From positions 28,576,417-28,640,416 of the forward strand of contig CP154954.1 of the NCBI GenBank assembly GCA_039621445.1: a DNA stretch of 64,000 nucleotides. Direction: 5' to 3'. The stretch is from Euglena gracilis. Lineage: Eukaryota. This document shows positions 46,201 to 58,514 of this stretch, piece by piece; the first letter of the stretch is position 1, and every line of letters starts with the position of its first letter. Made by a program: the position numbers and the translations under genes. The notes beneath the pieces were generated by a model. That model made no database searches. It was not told where the DNA came from and worked only from the letters and a program-made list of their open reading frames with translations.

Positions 46201-49200
46201 AATTGACAAAGGACATTGAAAGTGAGCTAAGTCTTTTTCACGAGGTGAGAAAAGATGTGGAGGTGAGCTGTCCCAGCCTGTGGAAGATGTTCGGTTTGCA
46301 AAACCTGTGAAGAATCTCAAGGCAACAATCAAGATGGATGAACTCAAAAGCATTTCCCAAGTTTTACATGAAAGATTTGGACTTTGGAGGCCCAGAAAAA
46401 GGCTGATGAAAAAAGCAGCAATTGTTTTACTGAGAATCTGAGTGGAGAATTTGAGAAGGAAGTTGAGAAAGCCAGAGACCACCCCAGGTTGTATGAGCTT
46501 TTGGTGAAATTTTTTGATGTTTTTGGACGATTGCCCACAATTTCTGAGTCTTCCCCCCTGCCTGTTTTGATGGACATTGAGCTGAAACCTGAATGGGAAG
46601 GGAAACACCTAAGGCAAAAGTGTTGGCCCATGCCCCAGGAGGGTGAAAAAGAAATTGTCCTTCCGTGTGAAGAATTGCTAGTCAGGGTTGATTGAGCAAT
46701 TCCCCGTTGGTGAAATTCCCCAGGTGTGCAGCCCCACATTTTTGGTGGACAAAAAAGGGTCAAGTACCAGAACGATGGTCATTAATTATGGAAAATTGAA
46801 TTCCAGAAGCAAAGCACATGCAGGTTTTTTGCCAAAAGTGGAAATTCTGATTGAAAGTTTGGCCAAGTGTCGGTTCAAAAGTACCCTGGACATGAGGAGT
46901 GGGTATTGGCAAATACCAATCACAAAAAGAGCAGCAAATTTGTCTGCATTTTGCATTCCTTCAGGGAGGTGTTTTCGTCCGAAAAGGATGATGTTTGGGT
47001 TGATGAATGCCCCAGGGATCTTTCAGGAGTTGATGGAAATCCTAACCTCCCAGTGCAAACGGATTTGAGGGTGAGAGAGATTTTGAAAGATGGACACCTG
47101 GCTTCTTTTTTCGATGACACAGGGGTTGGTGCGAATTCTAAGGAGGACCATTTGCATCTTTTGGAAAACAGGTTTGAAGTTTGCAGAAAGAACCAAGTGA
47201 GAATCAAATTGAGCAAATGTTCTTTTCTGAATCAGACTATTGACTACTTGGGCTTCTCGTTGGGATGGGGAATGTGGCAGGCAAACAAGAGAAACACTGA
47301 ACCAATTCTGAGTTTTCGAGTTCAGAATCAAAGGGATTTGAGGCGAATTTTGGGAGCCATGAATTTTTACGGCAGACACGTGAAAGGTTTTACTTTGACT
47401 CAGCCCCACTGACAGGTCTTCTGAAAAAGAATGTGAAATGGAGGTGGACTGAAAAGGAGGAGAGTTATTTGAATGCTTTGAAAAGGAAATTATCATCCCT
47501 TGATGTTTTGGGTACCCCCAGGAGTTTAGGAGAGATTGTTTTGGTGACTGACAGTTCGGATTTGGGAGGTGGTTCTGCTTTGTTTCAGTGCAAACCCTCC
47601 AACAAACACAAATATCTGAGAATTTTCGAACAAGTGGTGTGAAAGTGGATGGAACCCTGAAAAGCAACTACCCCAGTGAAATGAGGTTGGTGCCCTTGGG
47701 CCACTACAACTGGAAATGGAGTGAGGCGAGAAAAAAATACACCACCTGGGAAAAGGAAATTTTGAGTGGTGTGCTGACCATTGCTTCACAAGCAAGGATT
47801 TTGCAAAATCTGCAAATTGTGTGGATGATGGACAATGAGGCAGCCACCTCTTTTCTGAACCCCACCTCAACAAAAGGCTGAGAAGGATGTATGTGTTTTT
47901 GCACCAGTTCAAACTGAATATCGTTCATGTGGCAGGTTGAAAAAATGAATTGTGTGATTTTTTATCTCGTGCTGATTTTGAGAATAAATTTGAAATTCGT
48001 TTTGAGGAAGAAGCAAGGAATGCTTTTCAGAAAATGGATGTGCAGCTTGACCTGTTTTTGCAAAAGATTTTCAGTTTGTCCCTGAAAGAATTTTTAAAAA
48101 AGTGGAGGTTTCAAACCCCTGTTTCATTGAGAATGAGTTCGGTCCAGACCTGAAAAGGCCAGGTACTGTCAAGGAAAGTTGGTTGTTCCGTCTCATTTGT
48201 TGAAGGTTCGTTTGGATGAATGTCACAAGGCAAGCAACCATGTTGATGCTGAAAGGACACTGTTGCTTTTTATGAGTCATTTTGAGTCCAAGGTTTTCAA
48301 GAAAGACATGCTGGAAATTTGCAAGGCCACTGTGATGACCCGTGAAATTTGCACCCTTTCAAAACAAAACCGCCCCAATGACCGAGGAAAGGTGGGTTCT
48401 TTACCTATTCCAACAGTGAGCAAAGATGTTTTGTGTTTGGATTTTGTGCAAATGGACCCCTACAATGGTTTTGATTATGTGCTGACTTTGGTTGACAATT
48501 TGTCCCATTTTGCCAGTTCATCCCCACACAGAAAACGGTAACCGGAGAAGGTGTTTTGAGGTTATTTTGGACCGGTGGATTTCTATTTTTGGAATACCGT
48601 CCGTTGTGAGGTCTGACAACGACGTAAGGTTCAGACAGCTCAGTGGTTTTTATCAAACAGCTTTTAAAGGTTTAGACGTGAAATTATCGTTTTCGCTACC
48701 CTGGAACCCCAGATCAAACGGTTTGGTTGAAAATGTCAACAAAGTGTTCTTGCAGAATATGGGAGCTTTGAGCCCTTCTTCCAAGGACAAAAATTAGGTT
48801 CAACTGATTCCGTATTGTACATTTTTGATGAATTCACATATTTCCCTCACAACAATGTTGTCACCCCATGAAATGTTTTTGGGAACACCAGCTTGGAGTT
48901 TTGAATTGCCCCCAGAACCGGTGACAAACCCAGAAACCCATTCCTGGCTTTTGTCCCAAATGGAAGTTCAAGAAATACCTTCCCAGAGATTAAAAGAATC
49001 GAGAAAAAAAGGATTTTGAGAGTGCCAACAAAGGGAGGGTACCAGCGAAAATACAAGAAGATGACTATGTTTTGGTTCACAACAAAAGATGGCCAAACAA
49101 ATCGTGGCCCAAGCTCTCCCCCGTGGCAAGGACCTTTTCGGGTTCCCAAATCGAGGTTCAATTCATTGCAAATTGCAAGCAGTCCATCTTTGGGAGGGGT

Positions 49201-50271
49201 CATTGATGTTTCTTTGGGTTTGTGCAAAAAGTGGGAGGTTGCTTTGAATTAGAAAGTCTTTTGGAAGAAGATCCAGGCCTTTTGACCGACCAGTGATGTG
49301 GTTGTGGGAGACCCAGTGGAGGGTGACACCCCCATGCCAGACCAGGGAGGGGACCCTCCCTTCAGATGTCAGAAGAAGAACGAGCACAATTGGGTTTTTA
49401 CAATGTTTGCAAGGTTTGGAAGCACAAGTACCAAGCAGGATGTAAATTTTGGTTTGGTGGGAGAATTTTCGGGCAAGCAGCAGTACATGGGAGCCTCTGG
49501 CTTCGTTTGTGCAACCAGGAGGCAGAATGAATGAGGTTTTCAAGAAATATTGTGTGGATCACAATTCACAATCGATCCTACGCCAGGCGCTCAGAATGTT
49601 TGGCAACGTTTCAGAATGTGAATGGGGGTTGTCATCTCAAGAGACAGCCTGGCCTCCCCCCCAAATGTTTTGATCGTGCTTTCAGTCACGCGGACCCCCA
49701 GGGGGCCTTTTGGATGGTTTTTCGGGTCAGGAGACACCAACCCTCCTCACCATGGGTGGATTGTTGTCTAACCTTTGAAGGCTTTCAGTCACAAACCTGC
49801 AATTGATGCGAGGAGTTTCGCCCAGGTTTGTGTTACCTTTGAATGGCAAGCCAACCACGAAGCGAAGGGACCACAGTGAACGTCGGAAGTAACCTCTTTT
49901 ACCTTCCTTTGTGTTGACATTTGTCGTTCTGAACCTTTTCGTGGACGATTGGTGTTGAACACCGTTTATCAGTGCTCGAAAAACAGTAAAGCCATCTTGT
50001 TTTGTGGTGAGATGCTGTTTCGTCCTGTGCCTGTGGCGCCGCGTCCTCCGGCATGGGGGGCGTGTGCGAACTATTCACTGACCTGCTTACCTTACCAACT
50101 GCCTAACTGACTTTTGTATTCCTAATTCGAACTTTTCCCCCGCAGACTGCTGGCTCTGGTGTCATGTCTTCACACTGCTTTGTGTTTACGTCTTTTGGTC
50201 AATTGGGATATCAAGAAAATCGGGAATTCGAAGATTTTTCAGAAAGACGAAAGAATATTCTGAGACGTCTA
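43250..50271 (+). mobile_element. Decayed chromodomain Gypsy, family 3 copy B, both LTRs present
   Basis: LTRs 43250-43454 and 50065-50271; 5-bp TSD AAAAC (43245-43249, 50272-50276); ILDTGAT, WANPPF, FFDDTG, RSDND..SNGLVE, STWEP. Confidence 0.93.
45420..45850 (+). pseudogene. N6-adenine-type methyltransferase domain between protease and RT
   Basis: IDLFANHLN..SAYR*SW..LWANPPF..LVYPDWVDQYW; NPPF at 45619-45630. Confidence 0.8.
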
Positions 50272-52404
50272 AAAACTACCTTTCCTTCCTTTCTCCATTT
50301 TTTCCCCCAGACTCTCATGAGAGTCATAAAATTCTGTGGCAGGCTGCTTACACCAAAGCATGCAGCTTGTAATTGCCAAGTTTCCTCCCCACTTGCATGC
50401 AAACGTGTTTGTCCAGGCTGCTGTGCAGTTTTAAGTGGAAATAAGCATCTTTCAGATCCATTGTTCCCCAGAACCAACCTTTTCTTAAATATGGGAAGAT
50501 GTTTCCCATTTGTTCCAGTCTGAACTTCTTGGGGGTGAAATGGAGATTTAACTGTCGACAATCTGAAATTAGTCTTTCCTTTGTCTTTTCCCCTTCTTTT
50601 TTTGGAAATGATAAAATAAGGGACAAAATGTTTTGCCTCCTCTGGGGGGATTTGCCTGGTTGCCCCTGCTCATTGGTATTCTCTCAGAATTTTCTGGGCA
50701 GTCATTACTTCTTGACGAGTTTTGAAGGGAAATTTTAAGGGCATCTGAGGGGAGAGGGGAAGATCTGCCATAACCCCTTCCCTTATCAGGTTTAATACCT
50801 CCCTGCTGGCTCCTGCCTTGACCCAATGGGGAATGCTGGCTTGCAGGGCTCTGTAGGGGGGCACCCCTGGGTGTAATGTTTCTGGGATTCCACAGCCCCC
50901 ATCACTGGGGTCCTTCCCCTTGGCTGCCCCGTCACTGGGGTCACCTCTGGCCCTGCCATAGGGCTGCTCAAGACCAGGCTTTCCCCCTGTTTTTGAAAGA
51001 GGGGGGAAGGTCTGTGTCTGCAGTGGGGTGGTACATAAATGGCCGGGAGGGGTGGTCTGATTATCACCTGGAGGGAGCCTGCTGCAGCGAATCTTGGGCC
51101 TCCACCTCAAGGGCTGATGTGGTGATCTTGAATGCAGTGGCATTCACTGGTCTTCTGATTTTGAATCATATATTGGCCTCCAAAGGCCTCCTGATTTTGA
51201 TTGAAATGGCCTCCACTGTCCTTGAGGTCTTGATGCCTCCCCTGGCCTCCATTGGCCTCTTGATTTTGAATACAATGGCCTCCATTGGCCTTCTGTCTTT
51301 TGAAGGGGAGGCTGCTTGCTGCATTGATGTGCAGCTCCTGAGGGGTTCATTTGGGAGAGCTGTGGGGTAAGTTGGACGTACCTTTCCACAGTGGCCGTTT
51401 TGCAGCATGAGCTTCTGTGCAGCTGGGCTCCATGCCCTTGATGGTGGTGATGGCTCCATAGCCTTTTTGAAAAGGGTCTCCATGCCCTTGATGCCGTTCA
51501 TTTTCCCTTGGAATATTCCCCCTTTGTGGGGGGTAGGGATGTGAAAATGGGGGGGTGGTGTTCCCGGACCTGTCTTCCCATTTCTTTCCCTCTGGGCGGT
51601 GGGCTACTGGTGTCTTTGTCTTCCCGAATTTCCGGCCACTACTGTCTAGGGTCCATGGCCGTCGTTCAATTGTTGGAATTGAAATTTTTTGGGGAAAATG
51701 GAAGGTGGGGGGATGCGACAGCCACGGACTGGCGCTCTGCTCTTGCCCCGTCATCGTCTCCAGCGCCTGCTGCTCCTCCACTCTTCTTCACTTCAGGTTT
51801 CTTCCTTGAAATTCCTTGTAATGCCGCTTAACAGTTTGGTTCCATGTTGGTTGCTCCGGCGCCTTCTGGAACTCCGTCTTCTCCAGCTTCTGCTGCCTTC
51901 GCTGGGGTTCTTTCTCGCTCCGCTGGGCCGCTGGACACCAGGTATGTTGCATCCTTCATGGAAATCAGACTTTTCTTCATCCGCTTTTCCTTATCGTCTG
52001 AATTGCTTTTGCTCCTCTGTATTGATTTGTCGTTCCGTTGAACGTTGTTGAACTCGTTGAGATGAAATTCTTTCTCCTTGAGGTCGAAGGGCAAAAATTA
52101 GGAGTCAGCCAACTCCGGCAACAAAAAGCAGTTAGAAGCACCCCACACGCACACACAAACACACCAGAGCAGAGCAGCCGGGAAGGAAAGCAGGGCCTCA
52201 CCATCTCGCAGTGCGGAGTCCCGCACGCACACACAAACACACCAGAGCAGAGCAGCCGGGAAGGAAAGCAGGGCCTCACCATCTCGCAGTGCGGAGCCCG
52301 AATGGTCCGGCCAGCCTGGACCCGACTTTATTTTCACTCGACCCCCGGGGGGTGCTCCCAGCTGCTGGCTGGCTGGACACCCCCCGGGGGTAGGGTGCGA
52401 CCCC

Positions 52405-53507
52405 CCCCCCTACCTGATGCCTTAAAAATGGCCTTAGGCCTGGAGTTACTGGAATATGAAAATAGGCATCCTTTAGGTCTATTTTTGCTTCCCAGTGGCC
52501 TTTTTCCAAAACTGGGAAAATGTGTTGGATATGATCCAACTTGAAGGGTTTTACTTGAAACTGCTGATTTATTTCTCTGCAGTCGCTGATCATTCTCCAT
52601 TTGGTTGTTCCCCCTTCTGGTTTTTAAATTAAAAACCAGGGGATCAAATGCTGGGTTTCTGAATCCCAAACTCGTTTCACTGACCCAGTTTTTTCGTAAT
52701 CCAGCAGAGTTTTTTCTGCCTGGTTCAGGTCCAGGTTGGCCCTGGGTTTCAGGTGGGTGGACAATTTTGGGGGATTCACCCAGGGGAGTTGAATTCCATT
52801 TTTTTTTATTGACATGTTGCTGGGGGAGCATTTTTTGTCCACCATTTTAGACTTTTCTGAAGTCTCTGGTACAGGGGGGTGTCTCCCCATTTTTCCTCCA
52901 TGGAATGTATTTTCCCAACTAGATGATTTTCTGGGTGCTGGGTGGGGGTGTTGGACATTGCACCCCTGGTCCCCCTGGGGATTGAGCATTCTCTAAAAGT
53001 GGCTGGGGGGGTGTGCATGCTCTGCTCACAGGCTCTCTGATCCTCCACTTTGTCATTGGTGTTGTCGATTGACATACCATAGGGGCCCCTTTTTGGGTCT
53101 CTCCCTTGTTTTGGTTTGCCCCTGCCATGGGCACCGACAAAGAATGTTGAGGGGGGGTTGCCCCCTTGTCCTCCACTGCCCCTTTGGGGGCATCCTCCTG
53201 GGGCTGCCACTGTACATTGAAACCCCCTGCTGGGGGACAGCCTGTTGGCTTCTGGGGTTTTCCCCCTTCTGATAATTGATGGCCCCAATGGCCTTGAAAT
53301 TTTTGATGTTGTTGATGGTAAATCTGGCCCCACTGGCCCTCTTGACGTTGGCTCCACTCTTGAAACTTTGATAGTCCCCATTGACCTCTGTCGGATGGGG
53401 CGCCATGCCCATGGATTGATTGTCGTCGTCTTTTCTCAATTGGTGAGGTCTTTGAAGTTCCTTTCTTCTGGGTGTCGAAGGGCAAATTCGGAATCAGCCA
53501 ACTCCGG
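52405..53507 (-). mobile_element. Fragment of a divergent DIRS subfamily (copy C): gag-like region and RT N-terminus
   Basis: ISDCREINQQFQVKPFKLDH..AKIDLKDAYFHIPV. Confidence 0.75.
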
Positions 53508-53772
53508 CGAGACCATTCGGGCTCCGCACTGCGAGATGGTGAGGTCCTGCTTTCCTTGCCGGCTGTTCTGTTCTGGTGTGTTTGTGCGTGCGCGGGGGGT
53601 GCTTCTTACTGCTTTTTGTTGCCGGAGTTGGCTGATTCCTATTTCTGCCCTTCGACCTCAAGGAGAAAGAATTTTACTTCTACGACTCAAGTGGACGAAA
53701 ATTTTCGGAACTTCAACTACCTGACGGAAGAATTCAACTTTTCGAAGATCAACAACGAGACTTCTATGAAGA

Positions 53773-54798
53773 ATGAATTTCAAAGAACCATTGAATTTCA
53801 AGAAGAACTTCAACGGACTTCCAAGAAGTCAACTGAAGCTGGGGAAGGTGGAGACACAGCAGCAGCTGCAGCAGCTGGAGGGGCGGCAACAGCTCGTCAG
53901 TCCGTGGCCATCGCAACCCCCCCACCCCCCAACGCTTCAGAGATTTCAAAACTCCAGGTTTCAGACTCCCCCACTAACAATGATGGCCATGGACCATGGA
54001 CAACTGTGGTCAGGAAGAGACGACAGAGGGGGACCACCATCACAGGTCCAACAGACTCCACCCCTTTTTCTCAGTTCCTCCCCTTTCAGGGGAAAAAGCA
54101 AAGGCTATGGCAGCCTCAATCCAAAGGATTCAAATCCAAGTCAAGGCTATGGCAGCCATCATTGGACAGGGCCTGGGGCCCAGAATCATGGCTATGGAAG
54201 CCATCATCCAAGAGGGCAGTGGGCCCAGGAGCAAGGCTATGGTAGCCTGTGTCCAAACCTGGGAAGCTCCCATGGGGGAAAGGTATGTCCAACTTACCCC
54301 ACAGCTCCCTCAATCACAAACCCCTCAGGAGCTGCACATCCAGGCAAGCAACCCCCCCTTCAGGGGAAGGCCAATGGAGGCCATTATGTGCAAGAGGCCA
54401 ATGGGGGCCAGGGGAAGCATCGAAATATCAAGGCCAATGGAGGCCATTATATGCAAAAGGCCAATGGAGGCCAGGAGAAGCATCAAGATTTCAAGGCCAA
54501 TGGAGGCCATTTCAATCAAAATCAAGTGGCCATTGGAGTCCAATGCATTCAAGATCACACCAGCCCTTGGGGGGGAGCCCCAAGATTGGCTACACAAGGG
54601 CCCCCCCAGAAGGTAATCAAGCCAAACCCCCCAGCTATATATGTACCTCCCCATTGCAGACACAGACTTTCCCCAATCTTTCAAAATCAGGGGGAAAGCC
54701 TGTCTTTGGGCAGCCCTATGGCAGGGCCAGAGGTGACCCCAGTGATGGGGCAGCCAGGCAGGACCCCAGTGATGGGGCAGCCAGGCAGGACCCAGTGA
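53773..54798 (+). CDS. DIRS gag-like ORF with ANGG repeats (probably frameshifted)
   Basis: Position between ITR and RT; homologous region in copy B. Confidence 0.5.
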   Translation: MNFKEPLNFKKNFNGLPRSQLKLGKVETQQQLQQLEGRQQLVSPWPSQPPHPPTLQRFQNSRFQTPPLTMMAMDHGQLWSGRDDRGGPPSQVQQTPPLFLSSSPFRGKSKGYGSLNPKDSNPSQGYGSHHWTGPGAQNHGYGSHHPRGQWAQEQGYGSLCPNLGSSHGGKVCPTYPTAPSITNPSGAAHPGKQPPLQGKANGGHYVQEANGGQGKHRNIKANGGHYMQKANGGQEKHQDFKANGGHFNQNQVAIGVQCIQDHTSPWGGAPRLATQGPPQKVIKPNPPAIYVPPHCRHRLSPIFQNQGESLSLGSPMAGPEVTPVMGQPGRTPVMGQPGRTQ

Positions 54799-54904
54799 TG
54801 GGGCAGCCAGGGGAAGGTACCCCAGTGATGGGGCCTGTGGACTCCCCAGACACATTACACCCAGGGGTGCCCCCATTCAGGGCCCTGCAGGCCAGCATTC
54901 ACCA

Positions 54905-56785
54905 TTGGGTCAAGGAAGGGGCCAGCACAGAGGTATTAAACCTGATAAGGGAAGGGGTCAGGGCAGATCTTCCCCTCCCCCCTCAGATGCCCTTAAAATT
55001 TCCCTTCAAAACTCCCCAAGACATAATGACTGCCCAAAAATTCTGAGGGAATACGAATGTGCAGGGGCAACCAGGCAAATCACCCCAGAGGGAGCAAAAC
55101 ATTTTGTCCCCTATTTTATCATTTCCAAACAGGAAGGGGGAAAGACAAAGGAAAGATTAATTTCAGATTGTCGACAGTTAGATCAACATTTCACCCCCCA
55201 GAAGTTCAGACTGGAACACATGGGAAACATTTTCCCATATCTCAGAAAGGGTTGGTTCTGTGGAAAAATAGATCTGAAAGATGCTTATTTCCATTTAAAG
55301 CTGCACAGCAGCCTGGAAAAGCATGTCTGCATGCAAGTGGGGGGGGAAACTTGGCAATTTCAAGCTGCATGCTTTGGGTTAAGCAGCCTGCCACAAAAGT
55401 TTATGACTCTCATGAGAGTCTGGGAAAGGAAATGGAGGAAGGAAGGAAAGGTAGTTTTCATCTACCTAGACGACATTTTGCTGTTAGCCCCCAGCAAAAA
55501 GACAGCAGCCCAGCATTTGGCAGAAATGAAAAAAGATCTTTTACTGGCAGGTTTCAGAATAAACCTCCCCAAATCATGTCTGGAACCAACACAAGAAATA
55601 CAGCATTTGGGCCAGTGGATCAATTTGAAAAAAGGCCAGCTGGAAATTCCACAGGAAAAATTAAAATCCCTAAGAAAGGAATCAGGAAAGGTGCTGACAG
55701 CACAAAAGATGAGCTGCAGAAAACTCAGCTCTATTGTAGGGCAAGTCAGAAGCTATTTAGTTTCAATGCCTTTTCTCAGAATTCTGACAGATCAACTTTG
55801 CAAAATGGTGGATTTGCACACAAAGTGGGGTTGGGACCACACCCTGACCATTCCCCAGGGGGTCAAAGATCAAATTGTGGAGTTAAAAACGTTTTTGCAG
55901 CCAGGTGTGGGCAGAGCCTTTCAATCCCAGGCCTCTCAGGAACTGTTCTCAGACAGCAGCACCTGGCAATGGGGGGGGCTGGACAAAAAGTCTGGTCAAA
56001 AGGTCCAGGATTTCTGGAGGGACCTGCATGTCCTGCACATCAATCAAAAAGAATTGATGTCTGCAGTGGAAACTGTAAAGGCTTTGGCAAAACCAAAACA
56101 AACCATTGTTCTTCATGTGGACAGCCAGGTGGCAGTCAGTTATTTGACAAAATGGGGAGGCAAAAAGCCATATTTAAATTCCATCCTAAAACCCCTTCTG
56201 TACCATTGCCAAGAAAGGCAAATCAACTTGCAGGTGGTTTGGGTTCCCACAAAAGAACAATTGGCAGACTCCCTGACCAGGGAGCAAAAAGATCCAGGGG
56301 ATTATACCCTGAACCTGACCATTTTTCACCTGATTCTGAAGTTTTTCAAAAACCAGATCACCCCAGAGGTGGACATGTTTTGCACACCCAGCAACAAAAA
56401 ATTCCCCAAGTTCATTTGTCGATACCCCCACCAAGGGGCTTTGTTGGTGGATGCTCTGAAGGCAGATTTAAGGGGTCTCCCCCAAGTTTATGCCAACCCT
56501 CCCTGGAGCATCATTCCCCAATGGGTTCAGAGATTAATGTTAAACCCAGACCTGAGTTGTCTGTTGATTGTACCCCACTGGGCTTCGACATCATGGTGGC
56601 GCCAATTAATGTCAATCAGGCAGCCAGGCAGCAAGGTTTTGCTAGTACCCCCCCAGTGGGGTCTGTTCACCAACTGCTGGGGGGAGGAGATGCCCCCCCC
56701 AAGGTGGAATTTGGCCTGCTTGATTGTGTCAGGCAAATATTACAATCCCAGGAAGTTTCGATGTCCAGTATCGACACTTACATAA
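54905..56785 (+). CDS. DIRS RT-RNase H-N6-adenine-type methyltransferase
   Basis: IDLKDAYFH, FGLSSLP, IYLDDIL, FSDSS, HINQKEL, VDSQVA, LADSLTR, EVDMFC..DAL..YANPPW..IVPHW. Confidence 0.95.
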   Translation: MGQGRGQHRGIKPDKGRGQGRSSPPPSDALKISLQNSPRHNDCPKILREYECAGATRQITPEGAKHFVPYFIISKQEGGKTKERLISDCRQLDQHFTPQKFRLEHMGNIFPYLRKGWFCGKIDLKDAYFHLKLHSSLEKHVCMQVGGETWQFQAACFGLSSLPQKFMTLMRVWERKWRKEGKVVFIYLDDILLLAPSKKTAAQHLAEMKKDLLLAGFRINLPKSCLEPTQEIQHLGQWINLKKGQLEIPQEKLKSLRKESGKVLTAQKMSCRKLSSIVGQVRSYLVSMPFLRILTDQLCKMVDLHTKWGWDHTLTIPQGVKDQIVELKTFLQPGVGRAFQSQASQELFSDSSTWQWGGLDKKSGQKVQDFWRDLHVLHINQKELMSAVETVKALAKPKQTIVLHVDSQVAVSYLTKWGGKKPYLNSILKPLLYHCQERQINLQVVWVPTKEQLADSLTREQKDPGDYTLNLTIFHLILKFFKNQITPEVDMFCTPSNKKFPKFICRYPHQGALLVDALKADLRGLPQVYANPPWSIIPQWVQRLMLNPDLSCLLIVPHWASTSWWRQLMSIRQPGSKVLLVPPQWGLFTNCWGEEMPPPRWNLACLIVSGKYYNPRKFRCPVSTLT

Positions 56786-57610
56786 AAAATCTGGGAAATG
56801 TCAAAAGATATGACTCAGCCTTCAGGGCATTGGTGGGTCAATTATTGCACAAAGGGGTGCCTCTGCAGCAGTGCACAGTCCCCAAGATGGCTGAATCCAT
56901 CCTTGATCTTGCTGTTCATAGCATCAATACTGCACGAAATGCATATGCAGCAGCCTTATTACTCCCAGGGTTTGGGTCTTTGAGATTTTCACCCCTTCTG
57001 GCTCCATTGAAAAGGAAGTGGAATGCCAATGTCTGCAAGTATGCCCACTTTTGGGACCCCACTGATTTCCTAGAAAACATCATGAGGAATTCCACACCCC
57101 CCTCAGACCTATCTGTGAAAGAGCTCAAAAACAGACTCATCATCTGTTGGAGGCTTTTGGCCCTCCACAGGGGGGTTGATTTAGCCAGGACACAAATTTT
57201 CATTTTATTGCAAAGGAAAGGGTGGCAATTCCCAAAATGGGAAGAGATGTTGAATTTGCCACACACCCCCCTCATCAGCCCATGGCATTTATTGAAAGAG
57301 TATGTGGAAAGGACAGCCCACATGGTTGGGCACAAAAATAATTTGTTGTGGTCTTTGGATGGTAAAAGACCTTTGACATCAGAAAGGGTGAATTCCCTAA
57401 CCAAAGAAATTCTGCAGGAGGGGGGGTGGACACCACCCACTGGAAACCCCACAGCACCAGAGGGGCTGGGGTCTTATGGTGGAAAAATGCTGGTTTGCAA
57501 GTGGAAGAAGTCCAGCAGCTGGGTCAGTGGAAAAATTTTGGTGCCTTCCAAGCTCATTATTTGAGGCTGGGAGTCGTGTCAAAAATTCAAAATATTATGG
57601 CCCAAAGGGG
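55057..57610 (+). CDS. Tyrosine recombinase ORF overlapping pol; frameshift in G-run near 57420
   Basis: LHRGVDLAR; then HSTRGAG..QLGQW..FQAHY in ORF 57426..58112 (R..HxxR..W..Y set). C-terminal end uncertain. Confidence 0.85.
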
Positions 57611-58514
57611 GGTGCACAGTACCTCACCATCTCGCAGTGCGGAGCCCGAATGGTCTCGGACTCCCACGACAAAGGAAGGGGGAGGAAGGGACCAAGAGGG
57701 CGAAGCACAAGAAGATGGTGAGCCCATCCCTCCCACCCAAAAAATCAGCAGAAAAAGAAAGACATCCCAACCAGAAAAGGGACCCCCAACCAAGCAGCCC
57801 CAACCACCCACCCAGAAACACAGAAAGAGACCACCATCCCCATCAGGGGGGGGGGGGGGCCACCAAGCGACCATGGGAGAGGGGGGGGGGCGGGGCCACG
57901 GCGGTTCAGCTTCGCCAAGGTGTCGGAGGAGGCCTCATCATCGCCAACTCCGGCAACAACGGCGCAGTAAGAAGCACCCCCCGCGCACGCACAAACACAC
58001 CAGAACAGAACAGCCGGCAAGGAAAGCAGGACCTCACCATCTTCTTGTGCTTCGCCCTCTTGGTCCCTTCCTCTCCCTTCCTTTGTCGTGGGAGTCCGAA
58101 AAAAGGCACTAAGCGGGACCTCCTAACCTAGCGCAACGAACAATCCAAGCAGCACCGCCGGCGAGCAAGGCATGGCCTTACAAGGGCAAAGTGCGGAGCC
58201 CGAGGTGTCGCGCGGAGATTGAGGTGTCTGTTCCTGTCTTCTGGGTGTCCAAAGGTTAATTCGGAATATGCTTACTCCGGCGAAAAATGCACTTATGCGA
58301 TCCAAAACAACACCGCTGGCAAAAAGCCCTGGCCTCACAAAGGGAAAGATGCGGAGCCCAAGGTGCATGTCCTACCCCCGTGCCAAGGGTACCGGGGTAG
58401 ATATAGTTCGGGGGGTTTTCAACTTTTCTTTGAAATGCAATTTGAAAAAAAATCATTAAAACACTGAAAAAAATCACAGAATGCTTTTAAAGAAATCTTG
58501 CTTTGTGGAAATTA

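Larger units (their letters stand above)
41565..52307 (-). mobile_element. Decayed DIRS copy B, split by the Gypsy family 3 copy B insertion
   Basis: 50272-52307 holds left ITR (78-bp duplication at ~52143-52298), gag-like region and RT start; 41565-43249 holds RT end, RH, MTase (VYANPPW) and YR start. Both align to 53508-57165. Confidence 0.88.
53508..58099 (+). mobile_element. DIRS1-like tyrosine-recombinase retrotransposon (copy A), structurally complete
   Basis: Inverted terminal repeats ~53535-53632 and ~57942-58041; internal complementary region ~57621-57722 matches both ends; CGA at both termini. Confidence 0.92.
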
